Positions 1-7,747 are shown, numbered from the stretch's first letter. The stretch: DNA of 64,000 bases from Gemmatimonadaceae bacterium (GCA_035273185.1 DATEPM010000180.1:105-64104), one strand, 5' to 3'. Notes: generated by a model from the letters alone, not told the origin. Translations and numbers: made by a program.

Positions 1-196
1 CCGGAAAGCCGATATTCCGCGGACCAGATGGCGATCGGGGGACGCGCCACTGAGGACGCGTGATGATCTGCTTCGGATCCCAGCCGAGGCGCTGCGTTAA
101 GTAGAAGACGAGCGGCTGCGTTGCGTCACGCTCTTCCGGCCCAGCGACAATCTCGCGGCCGGAGAGTTGATCAACGACCACTGCTCGACGTGCCAT
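1..196 (-). CDS. partial CDS (N-terminus only, runs off the left edge); candidate HsdR_N / restriction-endonuclease-like N-terminal domain
   Basis: Own translation of the minus strand from ATG 196-194: MARRAVVVDQLSGREIVAGPEERDATQPLVFYLTQRLGWDPKQIITRPQWRVPRSPSGPRNIGFP. It stays open to position 1. A GAGAGGG SD-like motif lies 5 nt upstream. The E..D....L...L...LGW pattern recalls HSDR_N-type domains. It is absent from the ORF track because it is open-ended. Confidence 0.35.
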   Translation of the reverse strand, partial: MARRAVVVDQLSGREIVAGPEERDATQPLVFYLTQRLGWDPKQIITRPQWRVPRSPSGPRNIGFP

Positions 197-206
197 CGGT
201 GCCCTC

Positions 207-389
207 TCAGAGGGGTCGCCGGGCAGTCCTGCGCGGAAGCCGCCGAGCAATGGCGGATCGCTTCCGCGGCCTGTTCCAGTAGGCGCTCTTGCACTTCGGG
301 CAGACCCGCGGCTCGTTCTCGGAATCGCGCGGCACCCACGTATGGTTGCACCGCTCGCACTTGAATCCAGAGAGGGTAATTCGCGCCAT
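207..389 (-). CDS. small zinc-ribbon protein (two CxxC pairs)
   Basis: 60-aa ORF MARITLSGFKCERCNHTWVPRDSENEPRVCPKCKSAYWNRPRK. It is preferred over the overlapping motif-less ORF 97..480. It ends 10 nt before the next minus-strand start at 196. Confidence 0.6.
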   Translation of the reverse strand: MARITLSGFKCERCNHTWVPRDSENEPRVCPKCKSAYWNRPRKRSAIARRLPRRTARRPL

Positions 390-529
390 GGGCGCGGATT
401 ATCGTGTGGGAGAGCTTCTCTGTCAAGTAGCTGATTGGAGAGTAAGCGCACACCAGCACACTCTCGGCAACAGCTCCCATCCACCTGGTCGAGAGGCCGC
501 GCAGTGTGCCGCAAAGTGGCGTAGCACCA

Positions 530-558
530 TTGACTTACGCCGTTGATTAGAGTATACT
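530..558 (+). promoter_or_regulatory. near-consensus sigma70-type promoter (TTGACT - 17 nt - TATACT) facing the 694-3101 operon
   Basis: TTGACT at 530-535, a 17-nt spacer and TATACT at 553-558 sit in an AT-richer patch between divergent genes. The same TTGACA-17-TAnnnT architecture precedes rpsL and the tRNA cluster in this window. Confidence 0.4.
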
Positions 559-693
559 TATCCCACAATACACAGAAAGAGCGGCACCGGCTCACCCTGA
601 GAAAGTAGACCGGCACCGCTCTCCACCGGCCCGAGGGCCAGTGCGCGTACAATACGCTCATCCGGCCCCGGGCACAACCCGAGGAGTCTGGAC

Positions 694-1119
694 ATGGCGT
701 ACGAGGAATGGCAGGACGAGCAGCTCCCGGAAGACTGGGATCCCCGCGATCCCGACTGGGCACCCCAGGTTCCGGTCGAGCACGAGCGGCGGGCGCGCGG
801 CCGCATCAAGTACGAGGTGACGGCGAAGGGCCGCGAGGCGCTGGAAGCCGCCCAGCGCGAACTCGAACTACTCGCCATCGCGCGGGCGCCCGAGCTGGTC
901 CGGCAGCGCGCGATCGCGGAGATCGAGCAGCGCATCATCGCGACCGAGGGCGTCTTCTACGTCTGCGGTCGCTACTACGGGTCGCTCGGAGCAGCCGACA
1001 GCGCCCGCCGGATCGCCGCCGAGCGGATGTACCGGCAGGCGAAGCGGAAGGCGGTGCACGAGCGTGTGCGCGCCTATCTGGCGGCGCATGAACCAGAGTC
1101 GGACGGCAGGGCAGCGTGA
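694..1119 (+). CDS. hypothetical protein (acidic N-terminus, helical)
   Basis: 141-aa ORF and first gene of the coupled operon. Its stop overlaps GTG 1116 of the next frame. No motif recognised. Confidence 0.55.
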   Translation: MAYEEWQDEQLPEDWDPRDPDWAPQVPVEHERRARGRIKYEVTAKGREALEAAQRELELLAIARAPELVRQRAIAEIEQRIIATEGVFYVCGRYYGSLGAADSARRIAAERMYRQAKRKAVHERVRAYLAAHEPESDGRAA

Positions 1120-1193
1120 CCATCACCGCCGGGCGCGACTCCGGTGTTCGGTGGCCGCGCCCGGCCTCACCACTACGACAGCCGGAGATAACG

Positions 1194-1412
1194 ATGCGAA
1201 TACGTCAGGTACGCGGGCGGACGACGCTGCCTCCAGAAGACGTCGCACTGCTCGAGCGGCACGCGGCGCGGCGGGGCGTCCCGCTCCAGGAACTGCTCGA
1301 CGACGCGTTCAGCACGGGGATCGAGCTGATGCTCGAGGACGCGGAGGTCGCGGAATTACCAGCGGACGAACCGGAGCTGCCGCTGATGCGGTCCTCCGGG
1401 ATGATCTCGTGA
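1194..1412 (+). CDS. ribbon-helix-helix (CopG/Arc-like) DNA-binding protein
   Basis: MRIRQVRGRTTLPPEDVALLERHAARRGVPLQELLDDAFSTGIELML fits a beta-alpha-alpha RHH pattern. GGAG lies 6 nt upstream of ATG 1194. The track ORF starts at GTG 1116, but that extension is R/P-rich and unlikely. Confidence 0.5.
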   Translation: MRIRQVRGRTTLPPEDVALLERHAARRGVPLQELLDDAFSTGIELMLEDAEVAELPADEPELPLMRSSGMIS

Positions 1413-1428
1413 GCGAGAGGAGGCGACA

Positions 1429-2130
1429 ATGGCGGGACTGAAGGGAAAATGGGGCCACGTGACCATGAGCGGGCATTCCGCGTACGAGGTCATGAGCGCG
1501 CTCCAAAAGGCCATTCGCCGGGGCCAGGAAGACCTGGCGATGCACTGGGCGTACGAGCTGGTGTCGTGCGGCCGGTTCTACGTCCTCCTCAACCGGCTGC
1601 GGGTGATCGCAGCGGAGGACGTGGGCATGGGTGATCCAGAGGCGGTGATGTACGCGCTGCAGATGATCGAGCTCGCCGACCGCTGGTGGAGAGGCAAGGG
1701 GGAATGGATGCTGGGGGTGGCCAATGCCATCCTGACGCTCGCCAGAGCCAAGAAGTCGCGGGTGGCGGACCACTTCTACTGGGCGGTCCGGGTGCGGGAG
1801 ATGAACGGGTGGAATCCGGACATCCCGGACGAGGCGCTCGATGCCCACACGCAGCGCGGGCGACAGATGGGAAGAGGACCACGGTTCTTCATCGAGGAGT
1901 CGAGCCGGCTCGCCAACGAGGCGGGCCAGGTGGCGGTGCCCGACCCCTACAAGGCGGAGTTCGACGCCTACTGGTCGGAGGTGACGGACCAGAACGCGGC
2001 GGAGGACGCGGCCTTCGGGCCACGGACGGACGCAGGCAAGAAGCCGGCGAAGAAGCCTGACGAGCCGGAGCTGCCGGAGGGCAACGCCGATCAGCAGCTC
2101 CAGTTCGTGGACGACGGCAAGGAGGGCTGA
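1429..2130 (+). CDS. stand-alone RarA/MgsA C-terminal (MgsA_C-like) domain protein with no AAA+ ATPase module
   Basis: SAYEVMSALQKAIRRGQEDLAMHWAYEL...LRVIAAEDVGMGDPEAV...ILTLARAKKSRV...LDAHTQRGRQMGRG parallels the E. coli RarA C-terminal region (HYDLISALHKS.RGS..DAALYW...IASEDVGNADP...YLA.APKSN...HLRNAPT.LMK.MGYG). No Walker A or B motif is present. GGAGG RBS before ATG 1429. Low-complexity K/P/E tail. Confidence 0.75.
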   Translation: MAGLKGKWGHVTMSGHSAYEVMSALQKAIRRGQEDLAMHWAYELVSCGRFYVLLNRLRVIAAEDVGMGDPEAVMYALQMIELADRWWRGKGEWMLGVANAILTLARAKKSRVADHFYWAVRVREMNGWNPDIPDEALDAHTQRGRQMGRGPRFFIEESSRLANEAGQVAVPDPYKAEFDAYWSEVTDQNAAEDAAFGPRTDAGKKPAKKPDEPELPEGNADQQLQFVDDGKEG

Positions 2131-2133
2131 ACG

Positions 2134-2751
2134 ATGCGGCTCGAGGACCCAGAGATCGATACCTCGCCAGGTGCAACGGCGGGAGTCGCCGCTGCGACTC
2201 TGGAGGCGCCGAGAGTGCCGCGGAGGCGGCCGGAGACCATTCGTGAGCGGTGGCTGCGACTCGGGAGAGTGGCGCCGCTCCGCATGGTCCGGGAGGCCGG
2301 CTACGTGGCCGCAATTACAGCAGAGAGGCCGGCGATCCGCAGCCCGATAGACGCGGTGCAGCTGATGGCACCGATCGCAGCGCGGGAGCTCGCGGAGGTG
2401 TTCTTCACGCTGCTGCTCGACAGCCAGCACCGACTCCTCGCCATCCCGACGAAAAATGATCGAGGCGAGCCGGAGCTGGTTGCAGGTCCCGTCGTGGTGA
2501 CGCGCGGGATCATCAATTCTTCGCTCGCTCATCCGCGCGAGGTCTTCCGGGCCGCGGTCGTCTACGGAGCGTCCGCGGTCATTCTCGTCCACCAACACCC
2601 GAGCGGCGATCCGACACCGAGTGCCGACGACCGGCTCGTGACCCAACAGCTGGTCGCCGCCGGCCGGCTGGTGGACATTCCGGTGCACGACCACATCGTG
2701 CTCGGGAGTGGAGGACGCTACACGAGTTTCGCTGAGGCGGGACTGCTATGA
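2134..2751 (+). CDS. radC: RadC-like JAB/MPN domain protein
   Basis: Intact JAMM-type motif ILVHQHPSGDPTPSADDRLVTQQL, then DIPVHDHIVLG....YTSFAE, typical of the RadC C-terminus. GGAGGG RBS. Starts 4 nt after the previous stop. Confidence 0.9.
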   Translation: MRLEDPEIDTSPGATAGVAAATLEAPRVPRRRPETIRERWLRLGRVAPLRMVREAGYVAAITAERPAIRSPIDAVQLMAPIAARELAEVFFTLLLDSQHRLLAIPTKNDRGEPELVAGPVVVTRGIINSSLAHPREVFRAAVVYGASAVILVHQHPSGDPTPSADDRLVTQQLVAAGRLVDIPVHDHIVLGSGGRYTSFAEAGLL

Positions 2752-3101
2752 CACGGCGACGGGAACCGAGAAGTCCGAAAATAGCGCAGCGTTCGGCAAC
2801 GATGCGCGCGCCGGGCGGCCGGACCGTGATGGTATGCGCGTACGAGCGGCGCGGTGAGATGACGGCGGCCGAGATCACCTGGGCGCGCCAGGACGGCTCC
2901 GTGGAGCGGCGGGAGATCATCTATCGACGGGAGGACGTCGAGGACCTTCGCCCGGTGTTCGACGTCCTGCTCGAACAGCCAGCCATCGCCGAGGTGATCA
3001 TCGCCGCAGGTTGGCTCGAGCGACTCCTGGGCGGCGCTAGCGGAAGCGATCCGCGCGAACGGCTGGCGCGGGACGGAGTCGGATCGGGTGGAGGTGAGTG
3101 A
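2748..3101 (+). CDS. hypothetical protein
   Basis: 117-aa ORF whose ATG overlaps the radC stop (ATGA). Last gene of the operon. No motif recognised. Confidence 0.5.
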   Translation: MTRRREPRSPKIAQRSATMRAPGGRTVMVCAYERRGEMTAAEITWARQDGSVERREIIYRREDVEDLRPVFDVLLEQPAIAEVIIAAGWLERLLGGASGSDPRERLARDGVGSGGGE

Positions 3102-3112
3102 CCAACCGGCGG

Positions 3113-3649
3113 TCAGCGATAGGCGCGGCGCAGCTCGGGTATCAACGCAGAGTTGCCGGAATCGGCGACGGCTTCGGCCACCGACCAGATGTCCTGAATG
3201 CTTTCTGAAGGTACGGTCTGATACTCCGATCCGGTGTAGGGCATCTTCTCGGTGGTGATCGAGAGCTGGTACCGCGTGGCGAGCGCCGGGTTTATCAGCA
3301 TGATCCGACCCTTCGGGATCCAGTCGTAGCGGGCGTCCTTGATCTGCTCAGCCCAGAGCGCGTCGGCATCCTTGTAGGCTTCCAGCGCCGAGGCGTAGTA
3401 CCGCAGGGTCGCGCTGTCCGACGCGCTGATTGCAAGATCACGAAGGATCAGGACCTGCGCAGCCGCATCCTGAAGGAGTGCATCGTAGCTAAGCCTGTTC
3501 ACGCCGATGGTGGTAGCTCCCGCGATTTTCTTGAACGCGCGATACGCCTCCTCGGCCGAATTCCGCCGAGGAAGGGCGGAACAAGCGACCGCGCCGACGG
3601 TCGCCAGCACCATCAGGCAGGAGTTCCGGAGTCTCCTAGCGTTCATCAT
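3113..3649 (-). CDS. predicted lipoprotein, lower-GC cargo gene
   Basis: MMNARRLRNSCLMVLATVGAVAC has a signal peptide with a lipobox-like VAC. GGGAGGGA precedes ATG 3649, whereas the track start GTG 3661 lies inside that RBS. The sequence is visibly less GC-rich than its neighbours. Confidence 0.65.
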   Translation of the reverse strand: MMNARRLRNSCLMVLATVGAVACSALPRRNSAEEAYRAFKKIAGATTIGVNRLSYDALLQDAAAQVLILRDLAISASDSATLRYYASALEAYKDADALWAEQIKDARYDWIPKGRIMLINPALATRYQLSITTEKMPYTGSEYQTVPSESIQDIWSVAEAVADSGNSALIPELRRAYR

Positions 3650-3691
3650 TCCCTCCCTCACAAGGGGGTGTTCGGACCTGGGTGGTGCGAC

Positions 3692-3702
3692 GGTCGCCAG
3701 AA
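3692..3702 (+). repeat. GGTCGCCAGAA, left copy of an 11-nt direct repeat (candidate attL core)
   Basis: Identical 11-mer at 10164-10174, just outside the integrase gene. Both copies are followed by ATAC, with one extra C in the left copy. Confidence 0.3.
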
Positions 3703-3958
3703 CATACCTTCGGCCAAGTGCATTAGCACGTTTTTAGAATCGGGTGGGCGATTCTGGAAGTAAGGGCACGGGCAATCCGCTCTTGCGCTGCCATTCGGAT
3801 TCTGCCATCCTGTACCACGCGCGCCACTGATTGCACTGAGTGGCGGTCCGCAGCGAAGTCAGCGCACCGCGAACGTGCGGGTACCCGGTCCGAGGCAGGG
3901 CCGCGTTCCCGCACGTTTCGCATTTTAGGGCCAGCGGGGTTGGCGGGAGGAGAAGCGG

Positions 3959-4204
3959 ATGGTAGTGACAGAGCGCGAGCTCACGGCCGACGCGGAGGTC
4001 ATGGATATCGAAGCGTTCCGGTGCTGGTTCGAGCAGCAGACGGGGATCAAGGTGTGCCGGCGAACGTGGTACAGCTGGATCGAGCGGGAGATGGTCCCAT
4101 CGTGGCCATTGGGCAGTCGCCGGTTCATCCGGAAGGCGGATGCGGAGCGTCTGGTCCGGGACGGTGTATCGCCGCGGCGTGGCCAGAAGCGGAGGGCGCG
4201 CTGA
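3959..4204 (+). CDS. excisionase/MerR-type helix-turn-helix protein
   Basis: 81-aa ORF with GGAGGAG RBS. ...KVCRRTWYSWIEREMVPSWPLGSRRFIRKADAERLV resembles HTH_17/Xis-type proteins. Confidence 0.6.
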   Translation: MVVTERELTADAEVMDIEAFRCWFEQQTGIKVCRRTWYSWIEREMVPSWPLGSRRFIRKADAERLVRDGVSPRRGQKRRAR

Positions 4205-4749
4205 TGGCGGAATACACAGCCGTCCTCCAGCCGATCCCGATTACCGCCGGGGAGATCGAGCAGCGCCGCGCAGAAGCCGAGCGGGCGCGCGATGACGAGC
4301 GCCGTGCAGGGGCGGAATGGAGCGCCGCCGGGGATGAGGTCGTGCGCCTTGCGACAGAGCTCGACACCCTGCGCGATCGCTACGGCAAGGCGCCGCGTGA
4401 TCCGGCCGCGACGGCCGAGGTGATGGGAGAGTTGAAGCGGCAGATCGAGACTGCCGAGCACACGCTGGCGCTAGCGCGCGGACGGCATGAGCGCCTGGGG
4501 AAGGAAGGCGACGATCGACGCGTTCTCCGCGAGCAGGCGGATGCGCGCTACCGAGCGGCGATCGAAGAGGCGCGGCGTATACACGACCGACTGCCAGGCG
4601 CGGTGCGCGCGCTCGCGAGTCGGCAGCGCGATGTCGCGCAACGCGAGCACGAGCTGATGCTCGCTCGCTCGGGAGTCGAGACGGATAGCCAAGCGATCGA
4701 AGACGCGAGGCGCCGGTATGAGCAGCTGACCGGCGGCCAGCAGCTGTAG
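4204..4749 (+). CDS. coiled-coil protein (possible scaffold-like), function unknown
   Basis: ATG 4204 overlaps the preceding stop (ATGA). The 181-aa sequence is E/R/A-rich with heptad-like character (AEAERARDDERRAG...). The longer track ORF 3940..4749 overlaps the HTH gene and was trimmed. Confidence 0.55.
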   Translation: MAEYTAVLQPIPITAGEIEQRRAEAERARDDERRAGAEWSAAGDEVVRLATELDTLRDRYGKAPRDPAATAEVMGELKRQIETAEHTLALARGRHERLGKEGDDRRVLREQADARYRAAIEEARRIHDRLPGAVRALASRQRDVAQREHELMLARSGVETDSQAIEDARRRYEQLTGGQQL

Positions 4750-4810
4750 GGACGTCGGCGCCGGCGGGCGGCGCGACGGTGATTCGGGGTAGTGGAGGTG
4801 GGGGGGGAGG

Positions 4811-5785
4811 ATGAGACAGATGGCAGCGACTGCGTACCGGTCCGTGCCGCGCGTTGGAGCGCCACGCGTGCGGGCCGCGGCGGCAGTGCCGGCGAACGGG
4901 CCGAAGATCGCACCCAACGGGAGGCCGTACGACGTGCGGTTCGTGGCCTCGACGGAGCGGCTGGCGATGGATGGTGGGGTGATCCTGTCCAACGCGTGGG
5001 ATCTCACGCGATTCATGCAGCGCCCGCGGTTCCTGGAGATGCACGACCTGCACGCGGCGAACGGACTCACGCGGACGGTGCTGGGCTCCGTCGTGCACGC
5101 GGGCGTGGAGACGGATGTGCCGACCGCCATCGCGGGGCCGACCGGTCGCGCGCTCGTCGAGTACGTCCGGTTCGCGGGCACGCCATACGCGCAGGAGGTG
5201 AAGTCGTTGTACGACGATGGGCATCTGAGCGATTGCTCCGTGCGCTGGGATCCGAGGACCGAGCGCACGCGCGCGCCATCGGCGCAGGAGACGGCCCGCT
5301 ATGGCGAGGGTGTCCAGTGGATCGCGACCCGCGCGGAACAGCTGGAGCTGTCGGCCGTGATCCTGGGCGCGGACCCTGGCGCGATGGAGCTCGCCGGTGC
5401 CGGCGTGGACAGCAGCATGAACCCTAGGGTCATGGCGGCGTTCGCGCGTGCGCGCGCAGCGGGGCGGCGGCTGCCGCTCCTCGAGAAGCGGATCGTCGAG
5501 ACTGTCCGACGACGCCGGCGCGGGATCGACAGTTCCGCCGCGCAGTCCGTGGTCGCCGATCTCTCGACGTCGATGGACGCGCTGGACGCGCTGCTCGCGG
5601 CGATCGGGACGGTGCGGCAGCAGATCGTGGACAATGTTGCGCTCCTCCGAGACTGCATGGCATCGGCGGTGGAGGCGGACGTTAACGGCCGCGGCGATTG
5701 GAATGAGCTGTCCGAGAAGCTGCTCGAGGAGATCGGTCTCCGGATCGCGCTCGAGGAGATCGGTTTGCGCCTCGGGAACAACTAG
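4811..5785 (+). CDS. HK97-family (S78) prohead protease homolog with a C-terminal helical extension
   Basis: VRFVASTERLAMDGGVI...RPRFLEMHD...LSDCSVRW...ELSAVILGADPGA matches the conserved blocks of prohead proteases (F.AS.E..D..G.vi; ..l..HD; lS.Gf; E.S.V..PA.P.A). The C-terminal 120 aa are helical and end in a duplicated LEEIGLR. Confidence 0.7.
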   Translation: MRQMAATAYRSVPRVGAPRVRAAAAVPANGPKIAPNGRPYDVRFVASTERLAMDGGVILSNAWDLTRFMQRPRFLEMHDLHAANGLTRTVLGSVVHAGVETDVPTAIAGPTGRALVEYVRFAGTPYAQEVKSLYDDGHLSDCSVRWDPRTERTRAPSAQETARYGEGVQWIATRAEQLELSAVILGADPGAMELAGAGVDSSMNPRVMAAFARARAAGRRLPLLEKRIVETVRRRRRGIDSSAAQSVVADLSTSMDALDALLAAIGTVRQQIVDNVALLRDCMASAVEADVNGRGDWNELSEKLLEEIGLRIALEEIGLRLGNN

Positions 5786-6000
5786 CGGAGGTGCGGCAGG
5801 GTAAGCCGTTCGCTCTCCGAATGGGCCAGCGAGATCGATCCGAGACGAAGGGGCTGTCAAGAGTCAGAATCGCCACCGCGTGTCAGCTCATGTCGCACCG
5901 TGTCGGATCCAGTCGACTCCGAACCGCTCCCGCCTACCCTATTCCTCATTCGACCGGATCGTCAGCCGTTAGGCACCCGTATATTGGTCACCAGCCAACG

Positions 6001-6014
6001 TGTACGTACGTACA
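6001..6014. promoter_or_regulatory. perfect 14-bp palindrome TGTACGTACGTACA (operator-like)
   Basis: Lies between a TATATT hexamer (5980-5985) and the GGAGG RBS (6027-6031) of the small HTH gene. Confidence 0.3.
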
Positions 6015-6035
6015 TGCGGGGTTGACGGAGGTTGA

Positions 6036-6203
6036 ATGAAAATGACGGTGGAATTAGAGGGGCGGATCCCGGCGCCCGTCGCTGCGATGCAGCGGAAGAT
6101 GAGTCGCGAGCGACTGATCCGGCTCATCCAGTCCGGGGAAATCCCCGGCGGAAGGGATGACGCCGGGTGGTATGTTCTCGCGCGTGAAGCGACTGCGGAC
6201 TGA
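6036..6203 (+). CDS. small excisionase/AlpA-like HTH protein (55 aa, below the ORF-track cutoff)
   Basis: Own translation: MKMTVELEGRIPAPVAAMQRKMSRERLIRLIQSGEIPGGRDDAGWYVLAREATAD*. GGAGG lies just upstream. Alternative starts at 6042 or 6087. Confidence 0.45.
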   Translation: MKMTVELEGRIPAPVAAMQRKMSRERLIRLIQSGEIPGGRDDAGWYVLAREATAD

Positions 6204-6281
6204 TCGTGGATATGGCAACGCCGCGCGGTCGGGCAAACCGTCGCGGCGTCTGAGCCAGACCCAGGGTGATGGGCGGAGGCT

Positions 6282-7382
6282 GTGGTGGGAAATTACAAGA
6301 CTGGACATCTCAGTGGTAGCGGTGACGAATCGGTCAGCATCCGTGGCGACTGGCGGCCTCTATACCTGGAGCTCGCCGACGATGCCGGCTTCCAGCGGCT
6401 CAGCGGACGCGCCGCGAAGCTCTGGCTCCTGTTGAAGTGCACGTTGCCCGCCACCGGCATCGGGGTCGTGTATCCCTCGAAGCTCTGTGACCAAATGGGC
6501 TGCGGGAAGGCGGAGCTCGAGAAAGCGATGATCGAGCTACAGGCGCCGAGACCCGGCTATACCCGCGGCTGGATCGAGCGGGAGCAGAACATCGTCTGGA
6601 TCATCGATGGATTGCGCGAGGCGGCGCTTTACTCCAACAACGTGAAGAAGCATCGGCCGTACGTGCACCGGCTCGTGGCGCCGCTCCCTCGCCAGCTGAC
6701 GATCGTGCGGCGTTTCAAGGCGGAGTACGAGGAGTGGTTCCCTGGTGAGATCGATAGTCTATCGGATACGGTATCGGATACCCAGGCGATACAAAAGACA
6801 CCTACTGTAGACAAGACAGTAAACGACACTGCCAAAGCAGAGATCCCGACCGCGCCATCGCTCGCTCTCGTGAAGATCCGTGACTCGGCAGTGGCACCCC
6901 GCTCTCCTAGGTGCCTCCGGGCCGCGGAGGTCATAGCCGCCATTAAGGCGGAGTTCGAGGACGAGGCGCAGAAGACGATCCGACGCCGCAGCACCACCGA
7001 GGCGCGGGAGAAGGCGGCGGAGTTCGTGTTCGCCTATTGGGCGACGAAGCTCGATCACCCGAACACGCTGCTTGACGACAAGCGTCTCGCCCTGCTCATG
7101 CGCCGGCTGAAGGAGAACGGCGACAACGCGTCGGAGCTCTTCTACGTGATCGACGGCGCGCTCAGGGATGACTGGACGATGGGCCGGGCCCCGCGATCCG
7201 AGAGGAAGTACGACGGCATCGAGACGATTTTCAGGTCGCGCGCGAAGGTGGAGGAGCTGGCGGGGCTCTGCGGACCGTACCGCGACCGCACCCCTCATCC
7301 TCGTGCTGCCAAGATCGCGGCGATCCTCCGAGCCGCGGCGGTTCCGACGACGAACGCCGTCGCGGACGCGGCGCGTGGATGA
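6282..7382 (+). CDS. phage replication-organizer-like protein (C-terminal Phg_2220_C/DnaD-like domain)
   Basis: The C-terminus FVFAYWATKLDHPNTLLDDKRLALLMRRLKENGDNASELFYVIDGALRDDWTMG....KYDGIETIF fits the pattern LN..tg..f......I.aRl.eG...edf..VId.k...W.......YlrPeTlF. Confidence 0.6.
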   Translation: MVGNYKTGHLSGSGDESVSIRGDWRPLYLELADDAGFQRLSGRAAKLWLLLKCTLPATGIGVVYPSKLCDQMGCGKAELEKAMIELQAPRPGYTRGWIEREQNIVWIIDGLREAALYSNNVKKHRPYVHRLVAPLPRQLTIVRRFKAEYEEWFPGEIDSLSDTVSDTQAIQKTPTVDKTVNDTAKAEIPTAPSLALVKIRDSAVAPRSPRCLRAAEVIAAIKAEFEDEAQKTIRRRSTTEAREKAAEFVFAYWATKLDHPNTLLDDKRLALLMRRLKENGDNASELFYVIDGALRDDWTMGRAPRSERKYDGIETIFRSRAKVEELAGLCGPYRDRTPHPRAAKIAAILRAAAVPTTNAVADAARG

Positions 7383-7747
7383 GGTCTTCATCGATGCACG
7401 CTAACCGACCATTCATCCCGAACATGCCCCCCGTGACGTTGGAGGAGCGGGAACTGTGGGCGCGGCATCGGGTGGTGGATCTCACGCGCCAACTCGTGAC
7501 GGCTCCGAGCCTCGTGCTCGCCGACTCAATCGTCTTCTCCGCCCTTCGCCGCGAGATTGCCGATCTCGGCACCATTGAGCTTGCGATCGCGCGAGCGCCG
7601 AAGCGTGGTGGGGATCAGACCGCCACACGCGACCGACACGAACAGCCAGAAGCCGAAGTGCTACAGCAGGTTGGCCCCTCCCGTAAGGTGCCGAAGAAGC
7701 GGAAGGGCTCTATGGTTGCGCAGGAGCGTGCCCGTGTCGGCGCGTGA
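7379..7747 (+). CDS. hypothetical protein
   Basis: 122-aa ORF; ATGA overlap with the upstream gene. Confidence 0.5.
   Translation: MRSSSMHANRPFIPNMPPVTLEERELWARHRVVDLTRQLVTAPSLVLADSIVFSALRREIADLGTIELAIARAPKRGGDQTATRDRHEQPEAEVLQQVGPSRKVPKKRKGSMVAQERARVGA

Noticed and set aside
3850-3915. Imperfect inverted repeat GCGAACGTGCGGG ... CCCGCACGTTTCGC upstream of the 3959 HTH gene, plus a 7-bp hairpin at 3737-3756.
   Set aside because: The repeat has one indel and a loop of about 28 nt. The orientation of the T-run is wrong for a terminator on either strand. The evidence is too weak to call an operator or att site.
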